From a virus, in the IMG/VR virus record IMGVR_UViG_3300006990_004842, positions 1 to 64,000 of that record: a stretch of 64,000 nucleotides of DNA; one strand, written 5' to 3'. Each line of letters begins with the position of its first letter. Position 1 is the first letter of the stretch. The notes beneath the pieces were generated by a model. The model searched no databases, had not been told where the DNA came from, and saw only the letters and a list, made by a program, of their open reading frames with translations. Shown piece after piece: positions 47,330-57,228 of the stretch. Both the position numbers and the translations under genes were made by a program.

Positions 47330-48411
47330 TATAAACTTAATCCCTTAAATGTGTCTTCAGTTACATCTTGTTTAGTGCCACCAATAACATAACTGCTGAT
47401 CTCTGTCTCTTGTGGTGCAACTTGTACTTCGCCACCGCTTATCCATTTTTGTGTCCACGGTAACGGATTACTTGCACTAACACTATATGGTGCAGTTAAT
47501 CCAACTGCTCTCATACGTTTTGCACCAATCCATTCTACATAGTCTTTGAGAAGTTGTGCATTTAGTCCAATCATGGAACCATCTTTGAACAAATACTCTG
47601 CCCAATCTTTTTCTTCTCTGATTGCACTCATAAACATTTCAATACACTCGTTCTCACATTCTGCTTTAATTTTTGCAAAGTCTTTATCGTCTTGTGGCAA
47701 AAACTTCAGCATCTGTTGAGTACTAGCCAAATGTACATTTTCGTCTCTGGCTATCAATTTAATTATCTTGGCATTACCTTCCATTTTCTTTAATTCGGCA
47801 AACGCCCAACTACAAGCAAATGACACATAAAAGCGAACACCTTCTAAAATGTTTACTGCCATTAGTGCTAACCATAATGCCTTTTTATGTTCATAACTAC
47901 CAAACTCTTTGTCCTCAACATCATTCATATCCATGAGGTTATCATAATACTTGCTGATGCTATCACTACATTTTACAATTTCTTTGATGTCTAGTAATTC
48001 ATCAAACACTTTACTTGGATCAGAATAAATGTTTCTAATAATATGAGTGTAACTTCTGCTGTGAATAGTTTCTGAGAATGCCCATGTTTCTATCCATGTT
48101 TCTAGTTCAGGTAAACTCACAATAGGCAATAGTGCTAAATTAGGAGAACGTCCTTGTACACTATCTAGCAATATCTGTCTTTTGAGATTGCTTGTAAAAA
48201 TATGTTGTTCATGTTCAGTGAGATCTTTGAAATCTTTACTATCTCTACTAATATCAACTTCTTCAGGTCGCCAAAAGAAACCCAACTGTTTGTCAGTTAA
48301 TTTATCAAACTGTCTATACTTTAATGTGTCGTACCGTTGAATATTTACACCACCATCAAAGAACATTTTGTTTTTAGTGTGGTCTGTTTTTTTAGCATTA
48401 AATACTGTCAT
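47329..48411 (-). CDS. nrdB: ribonucleotide reductase class Ia beta subunit
   Basis: FFWRPEEVD, LLDSVQGR, ETIHSRSY, EGVRFYVSF, RDENVH, APQETEISSY. Confidence 0.97.
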   Translation of the reverse strand: MTVFNAKKTDHTKNKMFFDGGVNIQRYDTLKYRQFDKLTDKQLGFFWRPEEVDISRDSKDFKDLTEHEQHIFTSNLKRQILLDSVQGRSPNLALLPIVSLPELETWIETWAFSETIHSRSYTHIIRNIYSDPSKVFDELLDIKEIVKCSDSISKYYDNLMDMNDVEDKEFGSYEHKKALWLALMAVNILEGVRFYVSFACSWAFAELKKMEGNAKIIKLIARDENVHLASTQQMLKFLPQDDKDFAKIKAECENECIEMFMSAIREEKDWAEYLFKDGSMIGLNAQLLKDYVEWIGAKRMRAVGLTAPYSVSASNPLPWTQKWISGGEVQVAPQETEISSYVIGGTKQDVTEDTFKGLSL

Positions 48412-48413
48412 AG

Positions 48414-50714
48414 TTAAATTTTGCAACTGTCGCAATCCTCATCATCTGTGATAGTTTGTGACAAAGGAGTTTCTGATTCATTAGATTCAATATCTAACTC
48501 ACCTTGTCCATCAAACGTGTTATTGTAATATAATTGTTTGCCACCATATTTGTAAAACATGATGATATGTTGTAACAAAACACTCATTGGAATCTTTTCA
48601 TCTTCGTAGTGTTCTGGATTGTATGAAGTATTTACCGAAATACCTTGATCTATGTACTTTTGTAATACAGCACAAATTTTCAAATAACCTTCTGGGCTCT
48701 TTTGATCCCATAATAAATCATACTTGTTTTTTAATTTAGCATACTGCGGCACTACCTGTTTGAGTACTCCATGTTTGCTTTGTTTAACACTTACAAAACT
48801 ACGTGGTGGCTCAATGCCGTTTGTGCTGTTACTAATTTGTGCAGATGTTTCTGCAGGCATAAGTGCCATTAATGTACTGTTTCTAATACCAGTTTCTTTT
48901 AATTGCTTACGTAATCCTTTCCAATCCATACGCTCTTTGTGTTTAACAAGTTCGTCAATGTCTTTCTTGTATGTTTGATTAGGAGTAATACCCTGTCCAT
49001 ATTTTGTTTCGTGATTACCAGGTATACAGCCTTTTTCAAGTGCTAGATCTGCACTGGCTTTGATCAAGTAATAACTCCATGCTTCTGCCCATTCATCAAC
49101 AAGTTCCAAGTTAGGATCTTGATAGTTTGTATCATTTTTAGCCAACCAAAATGCAAAGTTAATAATGCCAATACCTAAAGGTCTGCGTTTCTCAGTTGCT
49201 AACTGTGCCGCAATAACCGGGTACTTCTGGTAGTCTAGCAGTGCGTCTAAGCCTCTTACAGCAAGTTCGCAAGGCTTCTGGAAGTCTTGTGTTGCTTTAA
49301 TCCTACCCCAGTTAATTGCACTTAAAGTACACAATGCAATTTCACCATCTTCGTCGTTTGCACTCATTAATGGCTTCGTTGGTAGATTGATTTCACAACA
49401 AAGGTTGCTCATTCTAACAGGTGCTTGTTCTTCTACAAAACTACTATGTGTGTTAGCATGATCAACATTCATCAAGTATATTCTACCTGTGTCTTTACGT
49501 TCTGTTACAAACGCAGAAAACAAATCAATTGCTTTGATAGACTTCTTTTTAATACGTGTATTACGTTCTGCTGTTTCGTATAACTCTTTGAACCTGTCCT
49601 GATCTGCGTAGAATGCATCATATAATCCCGGCACATCATGCGGAGAAAACAATGTAATATCACCGTTACCTAATAATCTTTCATACATTAACTTGTTAAA
49701 TTGCACACCATAATCCATGTGCCTTACACGATTTTCTTCTGTGCCTTTGTTGTTCTTTAACACCAGCATGTCTTCAATTTCTAAGTGCCAAATAGGATAG
49801 TATAGTGTAGCGGCTCCGCCTCTTACACCACCTTGGCTACATGACTTAACTGCTGATTGAAATAATTTATAGAAGGGGATAACGCCTGTGTGAGTTGCAT
49901 CTCCACTCCTGATAGGTGAACCAATTGCTCTAATACTTCCTGCACCAATACCAATACCTGCTTTTTGACTTACATACTTAACAATACTACTGGTAGTAGC
50001 ATTAATACTATCAAGGCTATCGTCGCTCTCAATGAGAACGCACGAACTGAACTGACGTTGCGGAGTTCGTACACCAGCCATGACAGGAGTAGGAAGAGAG
50101 ATATAGTGTAAACTAATTGCATCATAATACTCCTTGATCCATTGTAATCGAGTTTCTGCTGGATAATCTGCAAACAGTGTTGCTGATATCAGCATGTATG
50201 CAACTTGTGGTGTCTCAAATATCTCACCTGTTGCTCTATTTTGTACTAGATACTTGCCGCGGAATTGTTCCATAGCCGCATAAGTCAATTCTTCATCACG
50301 AGTGTGATCAATATATTCACTAAGCTCGTTGATTTCTTCTTTGCTAAACTTTTCTAATATTTCTGCATCATAAAATCCTCTGTCAATATTATCCTGAATA
50401 ATATCGCATAAGCAAGGAGGATCAAAAGAAGTATATACTTGCTTTCGTAAATGATAGTTAATAAGCCTACCAGCAACAAACTGGTAGTTGGGTGTTTCTT
50501 CTGTGATTAGATCTGCGGCACTTTTAATCAGTGTTTCTTGAATATCCGAACTTGTAATGCCACTATAGAATTGAATGTGGCTTTTGATTTCTACTTCACT
50601 TGCACTGACACCGGTAATACCATCACATGCATGAAAGACAACTTTATGGAGTTTATCTAAATCTAAATCCTCTTTACGGCCGTCTCTCTTTGTAATCTGT
50701 ATGTGTTTTGACAT
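48414..50714 (-). CDS. nrdA: ribonucleotide reductase class Ia alpha subunit with ATP cone
   Basis: TKRDG, QFSSC, NLCCEI, LCTL, LYY, C-terminal CDSC. Confidence 0.97.
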   Translation of the reverse strand: MSKHIQITKRDGRKEDLDLDKLHKVVFHACDGITGVSASEVEIKSHIQFYSGITSSDIQETLIKSAADLITEETPNYQFVAGRLINYHLRKQVYTSFDPPCLCDIIQDNIDRGFYDAEILEKFSKEEINELSEYIDHTRDEELTYAAMEQFRGKYLVQNRATGEIFETPQVAYMLISATLFADYPAETRLQWIKEYYDAISLHYISLPTPVMAGVRTPQRQFSSCVLIESDDSLDSINATTSSIVKYVSQKAGIGIGAGSIRAIGSPIRSGDATHTGVIPFYKLFQSAVKSCSQGGVRGGAATLYYPIWHLEIEDMLVLKNNKGTEENRVRHMDYGVQFNKLMYERLLGNGDITLFSPHDVPGLYDAFYADQDRFKELYETAERNTRIKKKSIKAIDLFSAFVTERKDTGRIYLMNVDHANTHSSFVEEQAPVRMSNLCCEINLPTKPLMSANDEDGEIALCTLSAINWGRIKATQDFQKPCELAVRGLDALLDYQKYPVIAAQLATEKRRPLGIGIINFAFWLAKNDTNYQDPNLELVDEWAEAWSYYLIKASADLALEKGCIPGNHETKYGQGITPNQTYKKDIDELVKHKERMDWKGLRKQLKETGIRNSTLMALMPAETSAQISNSTNGIEPPRSFVSVKQSKHGVLKQVVPQYAKLKNKYDLLWDQKSPEGYLKICAVLQKYIDQGISVNTSYNPEHYEDEKIPMSVLLQHIIMFYKYGGKQLYYNNTFDGQGELDIESNESETPLSQTITDDEDCDSCKI

Positions 50715-50750
50715 GTGTTTCCTTTATGGTGTGAATGATTGCACAATAGT

Positions 50751-50779
50751 ATTTTATACTACTATACTTATCTTGTCAA
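50751..50779 (-). promoter_or_regulatory. early promoter of the nrd operon
   Basis: TTGACA-17-TAAAAT. Confidence 0.65.
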
Positions 50780-50784
50780 GCATT

Positions 50785-51213
50785 TTAGTTATCTAGTGCT
50801 ATATTATACTTGGAAAAAACGGTACAGTTATCGAGGGCATACTGGTCATCGACAAGTTGATCTGCAATAAAATTATAGCACTTGCCTTCGTGGAAAAATA
50901 CTGCACCATCCACTCCGTTTATATGATTACTTATGCCTCTGAAAATTAAATTTTCTTGATTAATGAAACCTAATTCTTTGAGAGTATGTGCAAGAATATA
51001 ACTGATTCCGGACTGGCAAAAATAGCCTTCTGCTACAATTTCAAACACATTAGGCCAGTCTTTACAATTATAGTAATCTAAGTATCTTGGAAGTATTTTG
51101 ATTTGGGAAAAGGTCTCGAGTACGTCTTCAACAGTTCCATCACTGGGGAAATCATTTCTGTATTGGCGCCAAACTCTTAATCTATCCGAGCTCGAATGTG
51201 TGGGTAAAAACAT
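50785..51213 (-). CDS. conserved hypothetical protein
   Basis: RL..W..YR, WP.VFEI; abuts upstream gene. Confidence 0.7.
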   Translation of the reverse strand: MFLPTHSSSDRLRVWRQYRNDFPSDGTVEDVLETFSQIKILPRYLDYYNCKDWPNVFEIVAEGYFCQSGISYILAHTLKELGFINQENLIFRGISNHINGVDGAVFFHEGKCYNFIADQLVDDQYALDNCTVFSKYNIALDN

Positions 51214-54200
51214 TTATGATGTACTTGACCAACGTCTAATAATATACTTTAATCTCAACTCTGCACCAATGTTGTGTGCAGTATAAGTAAATGGTGTAAC
51301 ATTCGGATCTACAATTTGATTTTGTAATTTAAGTTCTACTTCGTCGCCATTTAACACTGCTTCAAACTGTGGTTCTACTACAGGGTCACTTGAACTAATC
51401 TCGTATGAACTAGAGAATGTATCATTTAATACTACAGCATTTGCTGGGTCACTGAAATCAGTCCTTGCAGACACAGTCATAGTACCAATTCTCATATACT
51501 TGTTTGCAGAGCCTGCCTTCTCAGTTAATGTATAGTCTAATACAAAACTGTTAAACACACCAACACCAACACTAAACAAGGCGTCTCCAGCACTGTCGCT
51601 TAACAGTATTGGTTCAATTGTCAAAGAGTTATATGTTGTTGTAGTTTCGCCAAATGCCGCGGCTTCTCTGGTCTGTAATTCTAAATTTGTTTTTAGATTT
51701 AATAATCCTTTAGTACCATCAGATGTATCAGTTTCTCTGTCTATTGGACTTTGATTATAAATTTTATTTGACAACTCATTAAAATAACCTGCTTCTTCTC
51801 TGGTAGCAAAAGTTATTTCATTGTATGTTGTATCTATAACTAAATCAAATGAATCTGCTAAGTTATTATTAATATGTGTTAATCCACTTGCATACAAAGG
51901 ACCGCCTGTGAATACATCAACAAACATATTAACATCTCTGTCTTTAATTAATCCATCTAACCAAGTTTCTAATTTTGCTCTAACAGTATTATTTGCTCTG
52001 TCATACTCGCCCGGTGTTAAACCCAAAACACTTAAAGTTGGTCGAGTACTATCTTCATATAATGTGAACGGTATACCACCTGCCGCTACACTGGATAAAC
52101 TTGGTCTTTGCGATACATACAATTTATTCAAACTGCCATCTTCTTGCAAACTCCAATTCATTGTTGGGAAAATACTGGTGTTTGCACCTGTTGCTGTTGT
52201 CTGAACTAATGATCTATTAAGTGTAACAATCGCATCTTGCACACTACTAGCACTTGATAAATCAACTGATAATACTGGTGCTACCTTTGTTGTTCCTGTG
52301 TATGAAGAACCTAACACAGGCATCATTCCATTAGCACCATTAGAACCTTTTAATGCGGAAGTATCTGAACGCATTGAACCGTTAGTAACAAATACAGTAT
52401 TTGCTGTTGTTTGATCTGCATCAATAGTTGATGTAGTGTTTACTATTGTTCCGTCGTTGTCAACTGTTATAATAACACTTGTGACTAAACTTGTAAATCC
52501 ATTATCTTCTGATACCAGTCTAAAACTAGTATCAACGTTTGCTGAGCCAACGCCGTGATCTATAAATCCAACATTAGCAATATTTGCAGTCATGGTTGCT
52601 GTGTTACCACCAAGTATACCATTCTGTATTTCAATCAAGAAAGAATTATTAGCAGTAGACACTTCTTGTACTTCAAAAATAGCATCATCTAGTGTGCCTG
52701 CATCAACCATTCTCACATAATTACCTACTGCAAGTCCTTCAATAAAATTGCTGTCTGCACTAGAGATTGATACATTGGTTTCACCTGCTTGACTAGTAAC
52801 TAAATTAGCCTCGCCATATCTAACCAAATTCCATGATGTTTGTGGTATGGTAATATCTAATGTTTTTGCTGTGTCATTAATATTATGCACATTAAACATT
52901 TTGTTGTTGAGATAATCGTTTACATTAGGTGTTTTTACTTTTGCTTTATTATAACGATATGTTCCGCTGTCAACACTAAAGATTGAATTGAAGTTTGCAT
53001 TATCAAACTCAACAGTATATTTTGTAGGTGTACTTGTACCTGAATGATACGTGCTAACATTACCTGTTACATCAGCATCATAAAATTGATCTTCTCTGCC
53101 AATAATGAATGAACCTAATTGTAATGGACTTGGCAATGCAACAATATTTGCACCTTCTGCATATACTGCAATATGTTTATTTTCTAATGCAAAAAATCCA
53201 GTACCAGAACTTGTACTTACTCTGATATTCTGTTCTGGTATTTTTCTATGATGCGGAATACTGTATGCATCATAAAAACTATTTGCTTGGTTTGTTGCAG
53301 AAATATTTCCGTTAACACCTGTTAATGCTAAATTTACATTTGCGTTACCGTAATAGCAAACTGAAACATCGTCTGTTACATTTGGTGCTGTTCTCAATGT
53401 TAAAGTATGATAACCAGTAGAAGTAATATTGCTACCATTAAATGTATAATCTGAATTTGCACTTGGTATTGATAGCACAGAAGCATTGGATTCTGGTATT
53501 AGTTTAATACCATTTTTTCTCACAATAACATCAGTACTCTTAAATGTATCAGTGTTATGGTTATTAACAATGTTGTTAGGTATAAATTCTATATTGGAGT
53601 TTTGAGTTAGTGTTTGAGCTCTATTCAATGTAATTGTATAATTGTTAAAACCATCATTTACAATATTGAGAAGTTTAACTTGGTCTCCAGTAATCTCTGG
53701 ACCAGTTAAAAAATCACCTATACGTACACCATCAAAGTCTGCAGGATTTCCTGCATTATTAATCACAAAAGTATCAGAACCATTTACATCTGCATTTGCT
53801 AATAAATGTACACTGTTAGTTGTTTCGGTACTGAATACAGGAAAGTCAGAACTCATATTGTAGAATTCTGTTTTAACACCTGCACTTGAACCTGTTAATA
53901 AAGAACGTACTTCTTTTGCTTCGATAGAATCTGAAAATTGTGTACCATCAAACTCTCCCTTTTTGATAAAGTAAAAAGGAACTGTAAATGCAATAATGTT
54001 ATTGTTTGAAATACTTATTACATGGTCTCTGGCACTTACGGTGTTCTCAATAAAACTAGTGGTACTAAGATCAACAGAATTAGGATTATCAGGATCATGC
54101 CCAATATATACTTGCTTACTATCAACAGCCAAACCAATTTCACCTGGTCGCAAAGGCTGTGGGAGATCTTGTTTAAGTCCTCTTCTGTGTTGTATTCTAG

Positions 54201-54228
54201 ATACTATAGTTTTATCGTTTTCTGCCAC
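51214..54228 (-). CDS. large virion structural protein with Mtd N-terminal-like domain
   Basis: RIQHRRG...LP.PL.PGEIG.A.D...YIG; Asn/Thr/Ser-rich; late promoter and GGAG RBS. Confidence 0.75.
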   Translation of the reverse strand: MAENDKTIVSRIQHRRGLKQDLPQPLRPGEIGLAVDSKQVYIGHDPDNPNSVDLSTTSFIENTVSARDHVISISNNNIIAFTVPFYFIKKGEFDGTQFSDSIEAKEVRSLLTGSSAGVKTEFYNMSSDFPVFSTETTNSVHLLANADVNGSDTFVINNAGNPADFDGVRIGDFLTGPEITGDQVKLLNIVNDGFNNYTITLNRAQTLTQNSNIEFIPNNIVNNHNTDTFKSTDVIVRKNGIKLIPESNASVLSIPSANSDYTFNGSNITSTGYHTLTLRTAPNVTDDVSVCYYGNANVNLALTGVNGNISATNQANSFYDAYSIPHHRKIPEQNIRVSTSSGTGFFALENKHIAVYAEGANIVALPSPLQLGSFIIGREDQFYDADVTGNVSTYHSGTSTPTKYTVEFDNANFNSIFSVDSGTYRYNKAKVKTPNVNDYLNNKMFNVHNINDTAKTLDITIPQTSWNLVRYGEANLVTSQAGETNVSISSADSNFIEGLAVGNYVRMVDAGTLDDAIFEVQEVSTANNSFLIEIQNGILGGNTATMTANIANVGFIDHGVGSANVDTSFRLVSEDNGFTSLVTSVIITVDNDGTIVNTTSTIDADQTTANTVFVTNGSMRSDTSALKGSNGANGMMPVLGSSYTGTTKVAPVLSVDLSSASSVQDAIVTLNRSLVQTTATGANTSIFPTMNWSLQEDGSLNKLYVSQRPSLSSVAAGGIPFTLYEDSTRPTLSVLGLTPGEYDRANNTVRAKLETWLDGLIKDRDVNMFVDVFTGGPLYASGLTHINNNLADSFDLVIDTTYNEITFATREEAGYFNELSNKIYNQSPIDRETDTSDGTKGLLNLKTNLELQTREAAAFGETTTTYNSLTIEPILLSDSAGDALFSVGVGVFNSFVLDYTLTEKAGSANKYMRIGTMTVSARTDFSDPANAVVLNDTFSSSYEISSSDPVVEPQFEAVLNGDEVELKLQNQIVDPNVTPFTYTAHNIGAELRLKYIIRRWSSTS

Positions 54229-54259
54229 TGCTAAGTCTCCAATTGCTTAACAGTATTTA

Positions 54260-54934
54260 TCACTTTTGTTCATAATAATCCAGCAGACGTTTGCCCCACT
54301 TCTCACAATACTCGTCAAACTCGTCACCTTCAATTACAAAATCTTTATATTGTCCTTCTCTGTCTACCATTAAGATAGCAACTTGTTTGATGTTTGTACC
54401 AAACATTTCATTGTGTGCTAGTGCATATGCACAACCTTGCATAAAGTAATCTTCAATCCATTCTCTTTTCTTGATCTTTTTAGCAGTCTTAAAGTCAATA
54501 ATTGCAGGTTTGCCGTTCCACATGCCTATTGCATCACTGGTACCTGCATAAAGTCCTTCGCTGATCAATGCTACTTCAACACCCCACAATTCATCAATTT
54601 GGCTCATGCCATCTCTGACCATTTTGTCTACCATTTGTTTAGCCATAATACTGATTAAATTGTTTCCAGTAATTTCCCATGTTTCGCCTAATACATATTT
54701 TTCTAATGCATTATGCACTTTAGTTCCTAGGCCTGCGGCTTCTCTGCTCACACGGTTTGCTTCTTCCTCACCAACACGTTTACGCCATGCTATGAGAGCA
54801 GTTTTATCTCCTGTATCAGAAAGTATTGTTGTTACACTAGGCACCGGTTTATTGTCTTCGCCTGTGTATTGACGTTGTCCTGATTTTGCTGTTACCCTTT
54901 TTAATGTAGGGTATTCATATTTTTCAACTAGCAT
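54260..54934 (-). CDS. PD-(D/E)XK exonuclease (Cas4-like/MGME1-like)
   Basis: PSVTTIL, WRKRVG, GT.VH, YAGTSD, IIDFKT, Q..AY. Confidence 0.9.
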   Translation of the reverse strand: MLVEKYEYPTLKRVTAKSGQRQYTGEDNKPVPSVTTILSDTGDKTALIAWRKRVGEEEANRVSREAAGLGTKVHNALEKYVLGETWEITGNNLISIMAKQMVDKMVRDGMSQIDELWGVEVALISEGLYAGTSDAIGMWNGKPAIIDFKTAKKIKKREWIEDYFMQGCAYALAHNEMFGTNIKQVAILMVDREGQYKDFVIEGDEFDEYCEKWGKRLLDYYEQK

Positions 54935-55754
54935 CTAGTATCTCCAGTAATTTATTAGCCATTTGATCATGGCAATGTAGGTTAGGGTGAAATTGGCAAG
55001 GGTGTATATATTCTTTATGAATTGGATGGGATTTATTAACTCTGAATTCAACTGCTTGATATTCATTTTCGGTTGTGCCTTTTGTTATCGGCATTCCCAA
55101 TATATCAACATAATTTGTTCCGGTTGTCAAACCAAAAAGTGTATCTGTTTTTTTGATAAGCCAGCATTCATCGGGTACTAAATTTATTTCTTCAGATATG
55201 TGTATTGGTCCCCACACGTTAAAAATATAGAACTTTATATTATGTGCTTTACATACGGAATACATTTCATTTATTGTTTTAGTTGATTCATACTCACTAA
55301 AAGGAATAAGAGGTCTGAGCTTGTCTTTGAAAAACACTTTGTGGCGTTCTGCATGTCGTTGAATGTTTTGATGATAGTGACAAAGGTCTTCTTCAGTTCT
55401 AGCAAAATCTCTGCTTTGTGCAGTAGTACTTAAAAAAACTATATTATTATGCTCTAACTCTTTTGGATACTTTTTAATCCACTCATACAGATTATACAAA
55501 GCAAACGATATACTGCCGCCACTAAATCCAAAATTCCAATGTTTTGCACCAATTGTATCACTTACTTTTCTTCCAAAAACAAAATTAGGCATGTTATAAC
55601 CAAATGTAGCATTAGGAACATATTTTGGAGAAACATAGGCATTTGCAAAACCGCCTGTCTCTGGATCTCCACTACCATTCCTGAACCTAGGCTCTTTGTA
55701 AAGTTCGGAACCAATAACCCAACTATCACCAAACCATAAATGATTAGTTTTCAC
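54924..55754 (-). CDS. SGNH hydrolase-like protein, paralogue 4
   Basis: WFGDSWVIG; NFGFSGGS; HPNLHCH. Confidence 0.6.
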   Translation of the reverse strand: MKTNHLWFGDSWVIGSELYKEPRFRNGSGDPETGGFANAYVSPKYVPNATFGYNMPNFVFGRKVSDTIGAKHWNFGFSGGSISFALYNLYEWIKKYPKELEHNNIVFLSTTAQSRDFARTEEDLCHYHQNIQRHAERHKVFFKDKLRPLIPFSEYESTKTINEMYSVCKAHNIKFYIFNVWGPIHISEEINLVPDECWLIKKTDTLFGLTTGTNYVDILGMPITKGTTENEYQAVEFRVNKSHPIHKEYIHPCQFHPNLHCHDQMANKLLEILDAS

Positions 55755-56502
55755 TGAGGGCCTCCATTAACTTAATATGCATCTGTTTGTGCCCTGATAT
55801 ATTGAGGTGGTAATCATTTATATAATTTGCATTGATATCATTGTTTTCATCGTTCCAAACATCATATATTTCAGCACCAAATGTTTCATTAAATAAGGTA
55901 CCTGGGAGCAAGTAGTGTGTTGATAAATTAAAAACATCAATATGTTTTAATGTTGTTATTTGCTCCCAGGTAGATAGTAAATGTAGTTTTACATTGTAAT
56001 TTTTACAGAGTGCAACTACTTGATTTAGAATTCTAGTGTTGTTGTATTCAAAAAATACAGGTACTTCCCATTTATCTGTTAAAAAATTATGTTCGCTTTC
56101 TTTACTTAATTGTCCTTTAGGGTGTACATGGTATTCTTTATGCTCTATATCATCAATAAAAAATGCTCGTGTGTTTCCACTAACACAAAAAAAGATTGTG
56201 TAATTAATGTTAGGTTGATAAATGTTCTTGAAAAATTTTGTCAATTGGACTAATTGAAACTCTATTGAACTACCAGGGAAAGCAAAATTAATGTATTCAA
56301 CATCTCTTTCTTTACTGGTCAAACTTGCAAAAGAATACTCAGGGTGCGACCAATCTCTCGTTAAATTTGGAAAACGCCCTGTGTGTTTTAATTCTTGATG
56401 ATGTAATTCTGGTGTTTTAGATTTATCTTGTTGGTATATTTCGTCATACAAACCTGTACCAATGACCCAACTATCACCAAACCATACGTCTGTTTTATTC
56501 AT
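55744..56502 (-). CDS. SGNH hydrolase-like protein, paralogue 5
   Basis: WFGDSWVIG; NFAFPGSS; DYHLNISGH. Confidence 0.6.
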   Translation of the reverse strand: MNKTDVWFGDSWVIGTGLYDEIYQQDKSKTPELHHQELKHTGRFPNLTRDWSHPEYSFASLTSKERDVEYINFAFPGSSIEFQLVQLTKFFKNIYQPNINYTIFFCVSGNTRAFFIDDIEHKEYHVHPKGQLSKESEHNFLTDKWEVPVFFEYNNTRILNQVVALCKNYNVKLHLLSTWEQITTLKHIDVFNLSTHYLLPGTLFNETFGAEIYDVWNDENNDINANYINDYHLNISGHKQMHIKLMEALSEN

Positions 56503-56564
56503 AATAATTTATCAACCACTACTAATATATAGTAGTTGTACGGTTTAATTTAATTAATTATTGA

Positions 56565-56879
56565 TTACCAGGCAACGTTCCAGATTATGGTTTGAGTATC
56601 ATTCTGTTTGATGTTTACTCCGTAACCTAAATCTGTAAAGTATTTTTTGACGTAATTTATTTGATCTACTTTTGCGGCGTCAGTTGTAATACTAAAGTAT
56701 GCCTTGTAAAAAGCATTACTATCAGTCATTGTTGTACCGCTTGACACGTTTGCATACAACACACCAGCAGATACATTTGCTAGAATAGCACTTTCTATAC
56801 TACGAACTTCGCCATGTATAGTTACATTGTTCCTAGTATCTATTCTTGCATCTTTAGCATTTGTAAATATGTTTGCCAT
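56565..56879 (-). CDS. small probable virion protein
   Basis: Last gene of a late operon; A..AR, YF..LGY, terminal W..W. Confidence 0.6.
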   Translation of the reverse strand: MANIFTNAKDARIDTRNNVTIHGEVRSIESAILANVSAGVLYANVSSGTTMTDSNAFYKAYFSITTDAAKVDQINYVKKYFTDLGYGVNIKQNDTQTIIWNVAW

Positions 56880-56880
56880 A

Positions 56881-57228
56881 TTAATTCGCCTTTATATCAC
56901 TTAGTGCTTTGTCGCCTGCCATTTTACCAACATCAACTGTAGGTTCTGCATCAGTGTCAACATCGCCACTTAATTCATCTGCAGGCACAATTTTTTCTGA
57001 ATCTGCACTACTTGCAAATCCTGAATCTCTTACTTTTTTAACAAGTGTGTCTATGTCAATTAAATGTCCTTGTTTTGCTAACAAGTCCTGAAATAATTCT
57101 GTAGGTATAGACTTTGCATCCATTCTAGTCATCACTTCAGACGATAGCAAGTCACCGATAGCATCATCCATTTCGCTATCTGCTGTTTTTTGTGCATACT
57201 CCAGCAATGTGACTTCGCGAATTAACAT
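56881..57228 (-). CDS. small acidic putative head protein
   Basis: MLIREVTLLE tag; V.KMA..A C-terminus. Confidence 0.6.
   Translation of the reverse strand: MLIREVTLLEYAQKTADSEMDDAIGDLLSSEVMTRMDAKSIPTELFQDLLAKQGHLIDIDTLVKKVRDSGFASSADSEKIVPADELSGDVDTDAEPTVDVGKMAGDKALSDIKAN

Noticed and set aside
47329-50714. Intron or intein in nrdA/nrdB
   Set aside because: Both are uninterrupted and of normal class Ia length.
54260-54934. Cas4 as evidence of a CRISPR system
   Set aside because: No Fe-S cysteine set, no other cas genes and no repeat-spacer array seen; this is a common stand-alone phage exonuclease.
56518-56536. ACTACTA/TAGTAGT hairpin as a terminator
   Set aside because: AT-rich weak stem with no adjacent U tract; insufficient support.
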